A DNA stretch of 62,990 nt, filler included. It is 15 parts of 15 records of this genome, joined end to end, with 100 filler letters (N's around TTAATTAATTAA, not from the genome) between each part and the next. Parts side by side here need not be neighbours in the genome. Positions count along the whole stretch, not along the records: positions 30,129 to 33,473 come from SRR9188676_3546; positions 33,574 to 37,847 come from SRR9188676_3549; positions 37,948 to 40,497 come from SRR9188676_3568; positions 40,598 to 44,591 come from SRR9188676_3574; positions 44,692 to 50,377 come from SRR9188676_3575; 10 more parts are not named here. The stretch is one strand, 5' to 3'. A program made the translations under genes and the position numbers. Numbering within the stretch: position 1 is the stretch's first letter; every line of letters begins with the position of its first letter. Below, in pieces: positions 33,235-45,640 of the stretch. The notes beneath the pieces are model-generated. The model ran no database searches. It saw only the letters and a program-made list of their open reading frames with translations, and was not told the origin of the DNA.

Positions 33235-35813
33235 GCGAATCTCTTACAAATTTCCGACCACTACCATTTTAGCATACATCAGCGCACAGACAGCAATGTT
33301 CATTCATCCCTCTCGAATTGTTTCTCATTTCGATGCCCCTCTTAAGAACTCTTGCGGAGTGTATCTATTTGCTTCTACATCTCGGTTCCCTTATCCTGGG
33401 CTGGTGTTGTATGATGGGGTTACATCTGTAAAGGAAGCTCAAGTAGTTTTATTTTGACTCTGAAAATTTCTCGNNNNNNNNNNNNNNNNNNNNNNNNNNN
33501 NNNNNNNNNNNNNNNNNTTAATTAATTAANNNNNNNNNNNNNNNNNNNNNNNNNNNNNNNNNNNNNNNNNNNNATTCTTGCTCATTGTGGAAAACAAAAA
33601 ATGACGATGATGGTGAGACTGTTAATACGTGGGTCTCTCGATCTCATGTTTGGATGCTAAATGAGGTGGATCTGTTTATTAACCAGCGGCCATCTCCAGA
33701 AATCCTTTCGTCGGGAGCTCAGCTGGAAGGGATCATAAATATGTTCTGGACTGTGGTAATAATATCTATTTGACGTACGAGAGATTGCTATTGATTTGGG
33801 CTCGAAAGTCAGCCCCCAAAGGAAGCCTCCTTTCAGTTGAAGTTTGATTTGTCTGATCAGCCTCACAAATTTTCAACCGAATAGTTGTCGACAGCCAGAT
33901 ATGATCGCAATTTCGAATGAAAAACACAAACCTTCTCTCTCGATCACAAGGAATGGATAAATGGCTGGATCCGAGAGGATCCAATGATCAAAATTTAACT
34001 CCACTTCCGCTCTCTGGGACGGGCCAAGGTCAGAGCACATTGACGCAAACTTTCGGTCAACAACAAGCATGATATCCGACTGGATAAAGCACAGATACAG
34101 ATACAGACAATAATAAGTGGTTGCAGTCCTATCAAATTAGAGACTGTTCACAGTCTCTATCTTTTCTGAACCTCCGGATGTTGCAAGTATCGAAGTTAAA
34201 ACCAGGTGCTACCTATTTGGAAGCTCCAAATCTTATCTAGAATATAGAGAGAATCTCCTTGTTTCTAGAAGCAAGTAAAGGGTATAGTTCCATGGTTTTG
34301 ATTACGATCCTCTATCCTCGAGACACCAAGAACAGAGGTCCTAGAAGATATTACATGATCTCCTGAAGCGGAAGGAAGAAGCCATATGAACATTGGAAAA
34401 TGAAAACGAAATCGTACCGGACAAGCGGATGGTCTACTGAAAAGACAGAGAGAGATCACCCAGGGAATGGTTGCTGAAAAAAGTCATGTTAGATGAAAGA
34501 TCACGGGAACAGAATTGAAGTAAAATACATTTTGATGACCGCTTCGTGGTACCAGCAGTGTCCGTGGTACTTAATGATACTCGAAGTTGTTGAGACAAAT
34601 TAGGTCTAATCTTGAGGATACTTTGACCACCATCGAATGAGATGCTCATGAGTTCCTTTCTCGCTGTCTTTGTTCTGAGAAACGAGTATGAGATAATTAT
34701 ACTTGAATTTAAGGATGCGGGAGAGAAGAGTAGTTAACGTACTCTTTAGATCGTCCTTTCTTCCGCAGGAAAGAGCGGAGATTGCGTCGAAGAAATAGTG
34801 GCTGATGATGGAGATTGAGAGACCATTCAATGAGGATGAGAACAGCAAAATGACTAATAATAATAATAAAACGTACGTTTGCGGCATGCCGCTGCTGCAA
34901 GAGCCAGCACATGGCAGCATTGTTATTAAATAGAAACTTTGCATCCTTCTCCTCGAGAAGGCCATTCAAGACACTCTCTGAGACAGACTTGTTCGTTTCT
35001 AGCGAGCGGGTCATTATAAACTAACCATAGAGGTTCCTGCTTATGTTACAAAGCCCACACGACCAAGAAAAGACTGTGAAAAGGGCCGAAAAAGCCTCAA
35101 GAATCTCGAGAAATTTTTCCCTCCCGATTTCGAAGTTTACAAAATGAAAGATGAAAGGTTCATATTAGCAGTTTTAGAACAATAATAATTGCCATTCTCT
35201 CGGTATTTTTCAGGCATTTTGACATCTCTGAACTTGACTCTCTCTCATAGCGGAGCACATGGTCTGATGCCCTTGGTTGGCGCGGTGCTACTGGGTCGAT
35301 TTACTGAAGGATGCTCGATAGACATTGACTGCATCAGTAATCGAATCCATGAAGTCCCTGGTTATCTCTCCTGCAATTGAAGGTTGGGCTTGAATCTTGG
35401 CATAAAACTATTTCCATCCATTGGAAAACTTTTCCAGATCGTCTGGATGATCAGCACGGCCTCAGCGAGGGTTTCCGCTTTGTCTCAAGCAAGAATGCCT
35501 CGAAATCTTCTCGAATTCTGTTGAATTTTCTTCGAAGGCAAACTATTGTGATATATCTTCCCATATCGCATCATAATATGGACAATAGATAGAGTAGACG
35601 ACAATCTAACGAATGAAGGTAAACAGGAGAGTGTTAATGAGCGGAAACTCGTTTTTGATTGTTTACCCCCCTACATAGAAATTCAGTGAGGACACCGGAG
35701 CAAAGAAAAGAGGGGGGGATTGACCGACTGAACTTTCGACTTTCGACTTGCAACTTTTCATCACACTACAGACTACTACAGACTCTCCTCTCTCCATATT
35801 CAGGACGACCAAA

Positions 35814-36253
35814 ATGGACCTTGAAGTCGCTTCATTCTTCGTAATCCTTTCAACCGTCAGGTAGGTAGGATCTTTGAAACAATCAATGAAACTGCCACTG
35901 GATCAATCTCATTGTTCTTCTCCAGCCTGAACTATGACGGGAGGATCAAAGCAAGCCTCAGTCAACTTAAAGGGAAGGGTGCTGCTGAAACTGCTCGAAG
36001 TATGGCCGAAGTCTCTGAAAGAGTCATCAAGGCTGGACTTGCTGCGAAAACAATATCCACAAAGCTGATTTGCGCAGAGCTGCTGGGAGGGGTCACGATT
36101 CTTGGGAACAATATGAGTCGGGCAATGCTTGCATTCAACATGGACAATACCAATATTCTTATTGAAGCGCTCGATAAACTCGGCACGAATGTGGGGGATT
36201 CTTTGGATATACTCCAACAACTGGGACAAGAGTGGCATGTGATTGCGAATACG
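35814..36253 (+). CDS. Hypothetical helical protein (first exons)
   Basis: A short ATG exon at 35814, a GT-AG intron, then the open frame LNYDGRIKASL...WHVIANT ending at donor ACG|GTATG. Confidence 0.4.
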
Positions 36254-37560
36254 GTATGTTTTGTGTCACACACCCATACAGATACGACATTCTCTCATCT
36301 ATTCAGATATTCTCTCTCTCTTCCACGACGTGGACATGAATATCCAGGTTAAGAATAAGTCAACTCCAATGTCGCCGAATTAGATAGTGATCTTTGTTGA
36401 TGTCACTCCTGATTTGAATTTTTACCTCAATAACGTCTGAACACGAATACGATATCACGCTTTTTATTTGTATTCTGTCATTTCAAGGAACAAACGAGAT
36501 AGTATCAAGGCCCAGACTGGATGATAATCAAATACCGTTGCGTCCGTTTCAGAGCCCTAGATTGATCTGTAACGACCACCAAAGCTTCACCACTTTTTTC
36601 CTCTAGCCCGTTGTTGAGAGTTTCGGCCTGATATGCATCATCTTTTTCACTTTACGGACCAACATGACAGGAGTCATTCTTTTCGTTCCAGCTCTTTGCA
36701 AGTTTGGCTATACCATATTAGAATTCGATATGAGATAACGATAGAGGCAATTGTTTGTTATATTCACATCCACGATTGTGGGTCATGGCTATTTTTGATC
36801 AACCTCGATGGCATTGGCTCCACACTGAACAAACATCAATTCCCTAAACACTTCTCATCGAACATAAAATTTAAAAGATGATTAATCTCAACATCACTGT
36901 GCATCCTAGTCTCAATACAAAAATCCTTGTCGTTCCAGGAAGTGTCCACAAAATGGAGACTATATGATCTATCACAAGACAGTTCATGCTGCAGTCAAAA
37001 ATCATCGATGTAAACTGAGCGGAGACCACACTTGAAACACATTCGCAATCCCCCGGTGAGATCGGGCAATCTCCATTTCCAAGATTCTTGAAAATCAAAC
37101 AAGTACGTACAAATAATTATGTCGGAAATAGTCAGGAGACTATTCAAGGGAGATCTCCGCGCCTCAGAAAATTTTACGCTCGTGTAGGAAATGCATTCCT
37201 TAAAATGAACCTTTGTGCGAATCAATCTCACAAGAAATCATTCAATCATATTACCTCCTTTCTCAGACAAGTGCCGGATGGCAATCGATAATTCTATGTC
37301 ATTCGGCTTTGTTACATAATAATCTACAGAGCGTGTCCTGCTCGGGCAAATAATTCCGTCAACTCCACTCCTCCAAGCTACAATCCTCCGATCTCACTCA
37401 TTTCCCCGCCAAATTAATGATGTTTGTTTAGATTACTCGACTTTAATCACCCTTCATAAACTTCCTCCTGACGACACACAACGGGTAACGTACCCCAAGC
37501 CCTAATGTCAAAAATTCTCCAATCTCAGACACTTCTTCCTTGAGTAATTAAAAAAACAAA

Positions 37561-37739
37561 GCGAAATTCCTAATAGGGGGGGTAGGATCAAGACCTATAG
37601 AGAAATATCCCCGTCGCAATTCTTGGTTGGTTTGGGGAGTTCAACGAAATTTTCGTTGGATCCCCCAAACCAACTAAGAATTGCCAGACAGGAACTTCTG
37701 ATAGATCTTGGTCCTACCCCCCTTACCACGAATTTGGCT
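37561..37739. repeat. Foldback palindrome of about 180 bp (MITE-like or long RNA hairpin)
   Basis: Arms of about 89 nt centred on 37650, for example GGGGGGTAGGATCAAGACCTAT / ATAGATCTTGGTCCTACCCCCC and GCAATTCTTGGTTGGTTTGGGG / CCCCAAACCAACTAAGAATTGC. Confidence 0.9.
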
Positions 37740-38972
37740 TTTATTTATTTATTTATTTACTCTGGGTGTCGTGTTGATGAGCCAAGCTCCTGAAATGATG
37801 TCGGGGGGCTTCCGTAACATACGTAACGCTCAGGGTGTATGGGTGTGNNNNNNNNNNNNNNNNNNNNNNNNNNNNNNNNNNNNNNNNNNNNTTAATTAAT
37901 TAANNNNNNNNNNNNNNNNNNNNNNNNNNNNNNNNNNNNNNNNNNNNTCCTTCTCTCTCCCCACATCCCCACACACATCCCCACACACGTTGGGATAGTT
38001 TAGCAGTATTATGCAATGATTTTGATTATTTTTCTTTATACATACACTCTCTGGCATATATATACACACACTGTCATTCCTCCAAACCCAATCTTTGTTT
38101 TATTTCGGCGCTTTACGATGATTTTGGTAATTTATCAGCCGGCTTATTGAGACACAGATCTTTACTCATACACAGCCCCCTCCGGTCCCCGCGCCATCCC
38201 CGAAACACACACACATTACAGACATAATCACATGGTGTACTACCTCAAGTATTCCCCCTTCTGCCAATAAGCATATAGATGCACACTCTTTGATTTGCTC
38301 TTATGCTCACCTTTCATTATTGCAGGATCAGGCGGGATCACTGGACTGGCGGGCGACGGCTCTGGCATCGTCACAACATTCCTCCACGACTTCACACTGG
38401 TGCGTTTGGGAATCACTCATCCACATACTAATATACAGACCCGTGTAGTCAATTGAGCGTGACACTCAACAGTGCCTAAAAGATATAGAAGTGGAACAAT
38501 TGCTCAGAAAATGCAAGTGCAAATGTACAAGGAGATAGACAACCCTGATAGAAATTGAGAAGTGGGGGGAACTGTTTGCAATATCGCGTAGACTGCGATT
38601 CAGCTATTGCTCCTCAGATTTGCCCTTGACATGCTTATTCATCAGCATCACTATGTTTCTAACCCCAGCAGATCCACAAGGTCAAGACCTCTAGCTCTCG
38701 GTCCTCCCAACGAGGCACGCAGCCTATCTCTCTCTGGTTGAGCTTCTTTGTAATGAATTGCCAAACAAACGTCTCGGATAACTTGGTGTTGAACCAATTC
38801 AGGATACGGTTGATTGATTGATGTATTCACTCACGACTGTCTTGATTGATAACTCAGGCATCTCTTTCTGTGTATGTTCTACGCGATGCAGTACACGCGT
38901 GAGACCGCGCGGCGTGGTGCCGACTCCCTGACTGACGAGCCCTCCTTCCCCTCCGTATACGACCCCGAGGTG

Positions 38973-39082
38973 AGTAATGGGAAAATGTGACCTAGTATGG
39001 GAAGTGCATTTGGAATAGCGACTGCCTAGTAATGGGAAAATGTGACTTAGTATGGGGAGTGCATTTGGAATAGCGACTGCCT
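38973..39082 (+). repeat. 55-bp tandem duplication (2 copies, 2 substitutions)
   Basis: AGTAATGGGAAAATGTGAC(C/T)TAGTATGGG(A/G)AGTGCATTTGGAATAGCGACTGCCT, twice. Confidence 0.92.
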
Positions 39083-39388
39083 TAGTCCTTATCACCGCCT
39101 CATACTTCTTCGTTCATCTTATGAGCTTCTTGTATTTATCTTCCCGTCTATGTCTAATCCTGATGTGCATCATTCCTCGTTCCTTTTTCACCATAACATA
39201 TCGCTGATTCGATATCTTATCCAGTCCTGAATGCAGTCTTCTCGAAGTCCAGTCCTCTCTGTCCTTCTCTCTCGTCTTTTCTCTCCACTCTTTCATCCTA
39301 TCTTCCTCACCCTTCTCGCTCTTTGAATCTTTCCTCTGTTGTCTCCTGTGCTGATTTTAATTTTTAATTTTTATTTTATTTATGTCAG

Positions 39389-40015
39389 CGATTGGCGATC
39401 ACACGTACACACCACACCAACCTGGATGCACTTCTCAGTCCGCCCGGCTTACGTGGCGCCCATACCCCCCCTATCTCAGGGATGCATACCCCCCCTGGTT
39501 CAACCTCCCCCCCTACATCTTTTGATCATCAAAACACATCACACAGTACCCGACACTCCACGCGCCACACCCAAGCTAGACACATCAATCTGGACGGGCA
39601 TAACGGACACACCTCACCGTCACGCCACTCCCATACCCATACCACTAACCAAACCCATACCCACCAAAATTCCCACTCTCTAACGAACATTCGCGAACGG
39701 ACACAAGACATTGCCACGTCATATAGCCCCGTAGCACATCACTTCCATCATACCCCCCAGGGGCGCAAAGAACACCATTCACCCCCCCTATCCTCCTCTC
39801 TGCCAGATAATTTGGCCTTCCCTCGCCATAGCATATCGAAAGCACATCACCATAGCCACCTACACAAGCCCCAAAGCCCTCACAGCTCTGGGCATGTGAC
39901 ATACACCCCTGTCTCGACCTCGACTTTGACCTCCACTTCCAATCGCGAGCCGCTTCGCCACACTTCTATGAGTGACTCCCAGTTATTAGCCGAACGTGAG
40001 ATTTCTGAGCTGTGA
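39389..40015 (+). CDS. Terminal exon of a His/Ser/Thr/Pro-rich hypothetical protein
   Basis: Open frame of about 207 codons after a pyrimidine-rich acceptor, ending TGA. Upstream exon-like pieces lie near 38326-38399. Confidence 0.5.
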   Translation, partial: RLAITRTHHTNLDALLSPPGLRGAHTPPISGMHTPPGSTSPPTSFDHQNTSHSTRHSTRHTQARHINLDGHNGHTSPSRHSHTHTTNQTHTHQNSHSLTNIRERTQDIATSYSPVAHHFHHTPQGRKEHHSPPLSSSLPDNLAFPRHSISKAHHHSHLHKPQSPHSSGHVTYTPVSTSTLTSTSNREPLRHTSMSDSQLLAEREISEL

Positions 40016-41298
40016 TAATACCCTCCCTTATTATTATGTTTTTATATGTCTGCTCCAGCAGATTTGTCCTATCCTATCATGTATGATTGTCTATCTCGGA
40101 TTGCTACACGCGTGCAGCATCTGATTCTTGTTTTTCTGTTTTTTATTCGTGAAGCCGAGGCACAGGCACGAATATCTCAGTGGTACACAGCCCACCCTTT
40201 TCTTCCCGCATATGCTCCTCGCCTGAGTTCTCCATAAACTCACTCTGAATACTTATAGAGAATGCAGAATGCAGGCTTGGTCCATGCCCGAGAAGATTGG
40301 GCGTATTCAGTATCTATAACTTGCTATACGGTGGTGAATGTATATAGTGTCTGTTGTATATAGTATGAGAACTCATGTATGAGCAGGGTGAGTGGGACCT
40401 TAGTACTCGTCGTGAGGACTTAATGATGATGCATCGCCCTTTCTCTAGTTCTCTAGTTCTCACTCTCTAGTCGTTTTTTTTTTTTTTTTTTTTTTTTNNN
40501 NNNNNNNNNNNNNNNNNNNNNNNNNNNNNNNNNNNNNNNNNTTAATTAATTAANNNNNNNNNNNNNNNNNNNNNNNNNNNNNNNNNNNNNNNNNNNNAAA
40601 AACGCCCGAACTGGCTCACGATCTGATCGCCTCCGCTCCATGAGGACTAAGTCGGCTTATACCACTTTTCATTCCGTTGTAGCCGGATCCAGACTCGCAT
40701 TGGGATAAAAATAAACGCTGGTAATATCAGATCCACCACACACAAAGATACACAGACACACACAGAAAAAAAAAAAAAGAGGAATTTTTTAGATTCCCAA
40801 CCATGAACAACCATGAAATATCATCGGAACGACAGAAGAAAGTGAGGAATGAGGCCTCTTGAAATATTCCAAAGAAGGCAATCATCATCGAAGAAATTTA
40901 AAATGGGCTGCTAATCACGCATTTTTATTTTCGCGCGACGTCAGACTCACCAAAAGGATCATCAAACCTCTTTTAAGATCGTTCCGGTACATTAACTTGG
41001 TATTATGATTTTCCCGTAACAGAACGACCTCGACGCGGACAGTCATCTAAATTCTGAAAATGATCGATTCGAATGTATTGAAAGATATGATCAATTCCCT
41101 GCATTGAAAAAAAGAGTCAGGAGTAAGTAACTGATAGCTTTGAGCGGAATTTCCACATCGCATTACGTTCTGATGCACAGAATTCTATTAGGATATTAAG
41201 GAAGCAAAAGATGAGGGGGATGGGTCCAAAGGCCTGAATTTTTTTGTTCCGTGAGATGTGAATGGCCTAAAAGGGAGCTGATGAGGGTAAGGACTGAC

Positions 41299-42146
41299 CT
41301 TTCTTTGTACACCATCTTCGCCAGTATATGGTACCGGGGTGGTCCACACCCAGAGACCCTTGGTGCAGGAGTGAATGGTGGAACCAGTATCGAAAGCTGC
41401 AGGAACAGAGAGAATATTATTAAAAATCAGGAATAAATAAATAAATAAAAAAACAGGGCTCATCTCAGCCCATTCCATAGACTCTCGAAACGGAAATGAA
41501 CAAAAATCACTTGTTCGTCAATTTGAATTTCGTCGAGATCATCTGAGTTCGATCCCTTCCAAGAGAACATTTTTTTCGTTCACTTTTCCCCTTCTATTGC
41601 ATTCAAACAGCTCCGCATGATAGACTATGAGTTTTTGCTTCCCCTCTCCTGGCCTGCCGATGACTGGTGTTCCAGGGGAAGAGGATGGAATAGTCTCATG
41701 TATCGCCGCGAATAAATTCAAGAATAATCAACCAGATCCTATTTAATTCCTCTCTAAATTGCATGTTCCACGCATCGCTGAAAATAAAGGAAGGAAAGAT
41801 AAGGACATACCGCCAGGATGTTTTAAGATCTGATTTAGCACAAAGCTTTTCCCTGTTCTGTAGGGTCCAGCAATGGCAAGGACTGACAACGGTTCCTCGA
41901 TCATGCGCAAGGCGGCAGCGGCCTCTTCATTCACTTTCAGTTTTTCCTGGAAGCATTAGAAATTTCAATAAGATCGATGCATTTTTCAGAATAATTTTGA
42001 AAGATAAAGACAAAAATAAATACCCCAGTTTCGTCAATTGTAATCAGAGGGAGTGCGGTCCCTTCAACAGGGATTTGGGGGCCAAAGTCCCAGATGCTTC
42101 CTACGCTCGGGCGAGACTTCATTGTAGGAGGAGTTGAAGTCGCCAT
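41299..42146 (-). CDS. Guanylate-binding protein (GBP/atlastin family) N-terminal GTPase region; exons 42146-42024, 41946-41811, 41396-41299; truncated
   Basis: LKVNEEAAAAL, P-loop IAGPYRTGKSFVLNQIL and G2 FDTGSTIHSCTKGLWVW. Introns are GT-AG and keep the frame. Confidence 0.92.
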
Positions 42147-42357
42147 TTCTTTTCAATCTACAGATTCAAGACGATGGAGTCGAGAGAAATTCGCGAGGCG
42201 AAAACGGAAAACAAAAGAATGTTTTTTTTGTACACGAACCAAAACAAAACCGAAGATGGGGGGTATTTGGAAAAATTCCCGTTGGATCCAAGTTGCAGCA
42301 GCCCCTAGATTGTTTGACTGGTGTGATTTCGATTCAATTGAAAGGCATGTCCCTATT

Positions 42358-43924
42358 ATGAGCAGTCGCTGGGTACTTGCACGTGACCGCTATTTAGCCG
42401 CTGCGAATGCACCTATTGCTTCAGAAGGTACCATTCAATGTTCTTACTTCTCTACCCTCCCTTCGTTAGAAAATGCTCTGCTTACCCCGTCATTAGAAAT
42501 CCCGCGCAGCCCAAGAACTCTCCAAGAAAAGAACGCATCAACCACACCTCGACAGCGTCAAAGACGCCGAAGCTCTCGTTTAGTTCGATTACCATCCGAT
42601 TCTGACAATCTTTTTGCCTCAAACTCCATTCCTGAACTTCAACCTCTACCTGAACTCTCTCATCCAGTACTCGATCCCGACATTCCACCCATTCAAAGAC
42701 TTGAGATTAGAAGAGAGAGTATTGCAGCAGTTTTATGTCTACCTCGACCTGAATTCGATTTTGAACACACATTCCGACGAAGAACAAGCATCATGAACAT
42801 TCTGAATGGGTCTTCGCTCCCACCCTCATTGCCCTTTGCTTTCGGAAATCAGTTGCCGCTATATTCAATTGACTCCTCTGGGGAAATTCAACATTCTGAT
42901 GATTAGCCAGGCTGTTTATAACCGATTCGCATTTCGGAAATCATCAGCTTGTACCCATATATTCCCAGTTCCACTATTTAGAGAGATTCAATGATTAATA
43001 TCCAGGACTCCATTAATCTTTCATAACCTGAAAACTCCGACCTCGCATATCTCAGAATGGATTGGATTTTGTCCGAATGATCTCGGATATCATCTGCAGA
43101 ATTCGTTTTCTGACTTGTCTCATTGACTCCAGGACTGTCAGTATTCAATAAATATTGTCTATTATTCTAAATTTGCTGCGTATGTGCTCATAAAATTGCA
43201 AAAACCGTCGGACTCTGCTGCTGCTGTGGTTTCTATTTTTTTGTATCCCCGTTCGCAAGATTTAGCGATTTCCAAAAAATCTGCAATTCGATGTTCTGAA
43301 AAATGAGTGTTCGAGCTGAACGGTCAGTAAAATCGGACTTTAATAGTCCGAAAAAGGTTAGCTGATCGGAGTCCTTCTTGTTCCATGCTGACATCGTTTA
43401 TTCAGCTTGTAAAAGGAAATGACGTTCGCCTTCATGTTCGATTGTCAAAGGATAGCGTTCAATTGCTGTCGCAAATCTTTCAGAAATTAGATCTCAACTC
43501 AACGAAGCATATTCCGTTTGAACAGTTCTCTCTAGGTAAGGAAAATCCCAAGCATTGGAACCACTATCGACTAACGTCTACGATCGAACCAGCGCTTCAA
43601 GCTTTGGGACTGAATGAAGCTGAAATTAAGATTATGGGACAAGAGGCTGCCATTTTTCGGAACAAAAATGGGATCCAATTCTCTCCTTTCCTAGATCACC
43701 TCTCAAATTGGTACGAATTAGCTCATCCTCATCTCTCCTGTTCTTATTTCCCATTTCTTCTCTTTCCTATCAAAGGACACCTCCAAGCGATGCTGCACCT
43801 CCAGGGACGTTGTCTCTGGAGCTCGCGAAATTGAAGAATGAAAACTTGAAATTGCGCTCTGTCATCGTCGATTTGCGTGGTGAAATTGTTCGACAAAAAT
43901 CTGCAACAGAACCTGTGAAACGAG
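42358..43924 (+). CDS. Hypothetical multi-exon protein with an EF-hand-like segment and a coiled coil
   Basis: Exon-like frames include IFQKLDLNSTKHIPFEQFSL|ALQALG and ELAKLKNENLKLRSVIVDLRGEI. The gene model is uncertain. Confidence 0.35.
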
Positions 43925-44803
43925 GTACGGTTTTCTGATAAAGAATATATTTGATTAATGAATGCTGTGGTCATGGCATCCGAGAGTGTCTCCAGTTCGA
44001 CAAATATCTGCGACAGAACTGTTAGAACAATGCTGCTCGATGATTCTTGAGGATTTTCTTGCCTAACACCTCCACGTTTTCTGATACAACTGGAAAGTAT
44101 ATCTTGATCATACAATATTTTTTTCTTATTTCAGAATAGATTTTGCAATGATTTTGGGAAGTATGAGCTTCTTCTATTTGGTTTATGAATATCACATACC
44201 TGGTCCAACAATACTTCACATGATTTATATTTTATTTACCATGGATATTGTGTACAATGCAATTCACTACATTCCTGAGATAGAATACTCCGTCATCACA
44301 TAAGCATCGAACAAACATCATTGAGCTCAAAAACGAGCTACTCACAAGGGAATCCGGGTTCGCCTCAAGAGTTATTATTCGAGTAGGAAAAGACCGGTTT
44401 TGATTTTCGAGTTTCTCTCGTCTTTTCGAGCAATGAAGCAAAATGAGAGAAAATCGATGATTCTAGAAGGTGATTCGGCGATTTACCGATCTCTCAGATT
44501 TTTGCAATTCGGTTCAATTTACCGCAGAAATGCTGCTGCTAAACAGAATGACCGGTTTACTTTTTCGGTTTCTTCCTCCTTTCAAAGAGAANNNNNNNNN
44601 NNNNNNNNNNNNNNNNNNNNNNNNNNNNNNNNNNNTTAATTAATTAANNNNNNNNNNNNNNNNNNNNNNNNNNNNNNNNNNNNNNNNNNNNTCAAATCAA
44701 ATCCGCGTTCAATTTCGTTGCAAGGAATATGAAATGGATCAGACAGGTTATTGATCATATATAGACGATTTGTCGGCGAGATGAAGATCTTTCTCAGACA
44801 TGA

Positions 44804-45529
44804 TCATTTCATTCTGCCAATCGAAAGAATGGGGTGTGGGGGTGAGAGGGATGAAATGTGGGGAGAATATACGTGTCTGGGGACAGGGGTCTGCGGGGAT
44901 GGGGAAGACGGTGTAGCGGAACGAGCCCTCGTTATTCGAGCGCGCGCAGAGTTGTGGCTTTGCGACAACGCGGAGGACAGACTGGCGTCACTGTCACGAC
45001 GCATTGGCGCGGCATGGGCCGACGAAGGACGCGTGGGAGGGGGGAAATGAGCACCAATAATATAGCGTGAGGACACTGTCACTCGGGCACTGGACGGGCG
45101 GGGGGGTATCGATGACGTGGAGCTGCGCATCGATTTTGCTGAATATGACGATGATGAGTTCAAACCTTGAGAGATGTTGGAGAATAGAGTTTAATTACAT
45201 TTCATAAGCTCTAAGACCTTCTCTTTTGGATGTATACCAGTTCTCTCGAGAGACTCTCTCTCGATTTCTCGAGCCTAAGCAAGAAAGCAAGATGAGCATG
45301 CCGGTCCAGGAAATGTCGACTTAGAGGAGCCAACCCTTGCAAGTGCGATCCGATGCTTAAATCGTGGAGCAAGATGAGGATCATATAGAGGATCATAGAC
45401 TGGCATCTTTTCCTTTACATCGATCGCAAGTTCCCAATGCTTATGCGATGGTTCTCGGGACTTGATGACCACTGGGTCATCTGGCCCGTCGCCAACATCA
45501 ATAAGAGGTTTCCGTAATCGTATATTCAT
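44804..45529 (-). CDS. Hypothetical protein, divergent from TFB2
   Basis: ATG ORF at 45529 containing YDPLYDPHL, followed by a Ser/Pro/Arg-rich exon 45163-44804. Splicing not resolved. Confidence 0.35.
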
Positions 45530-45640
45530 GATTAAAATCCCTAATTCATCCTGTCTGTGGCAGTGAAATCAACTGTCTAATATTAGACCACCTTGAGCGG
45601 TATACTTTCTCGTGACTATTTTGTTTTCTCTTGACAAAAA

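Noticed and set aside
33574-35014. Chain of short minus-strand ORFs as a gene or mobile element
   Set aside because: No recognisable domain, terminal repeat or consistent splice model could be built by eye.
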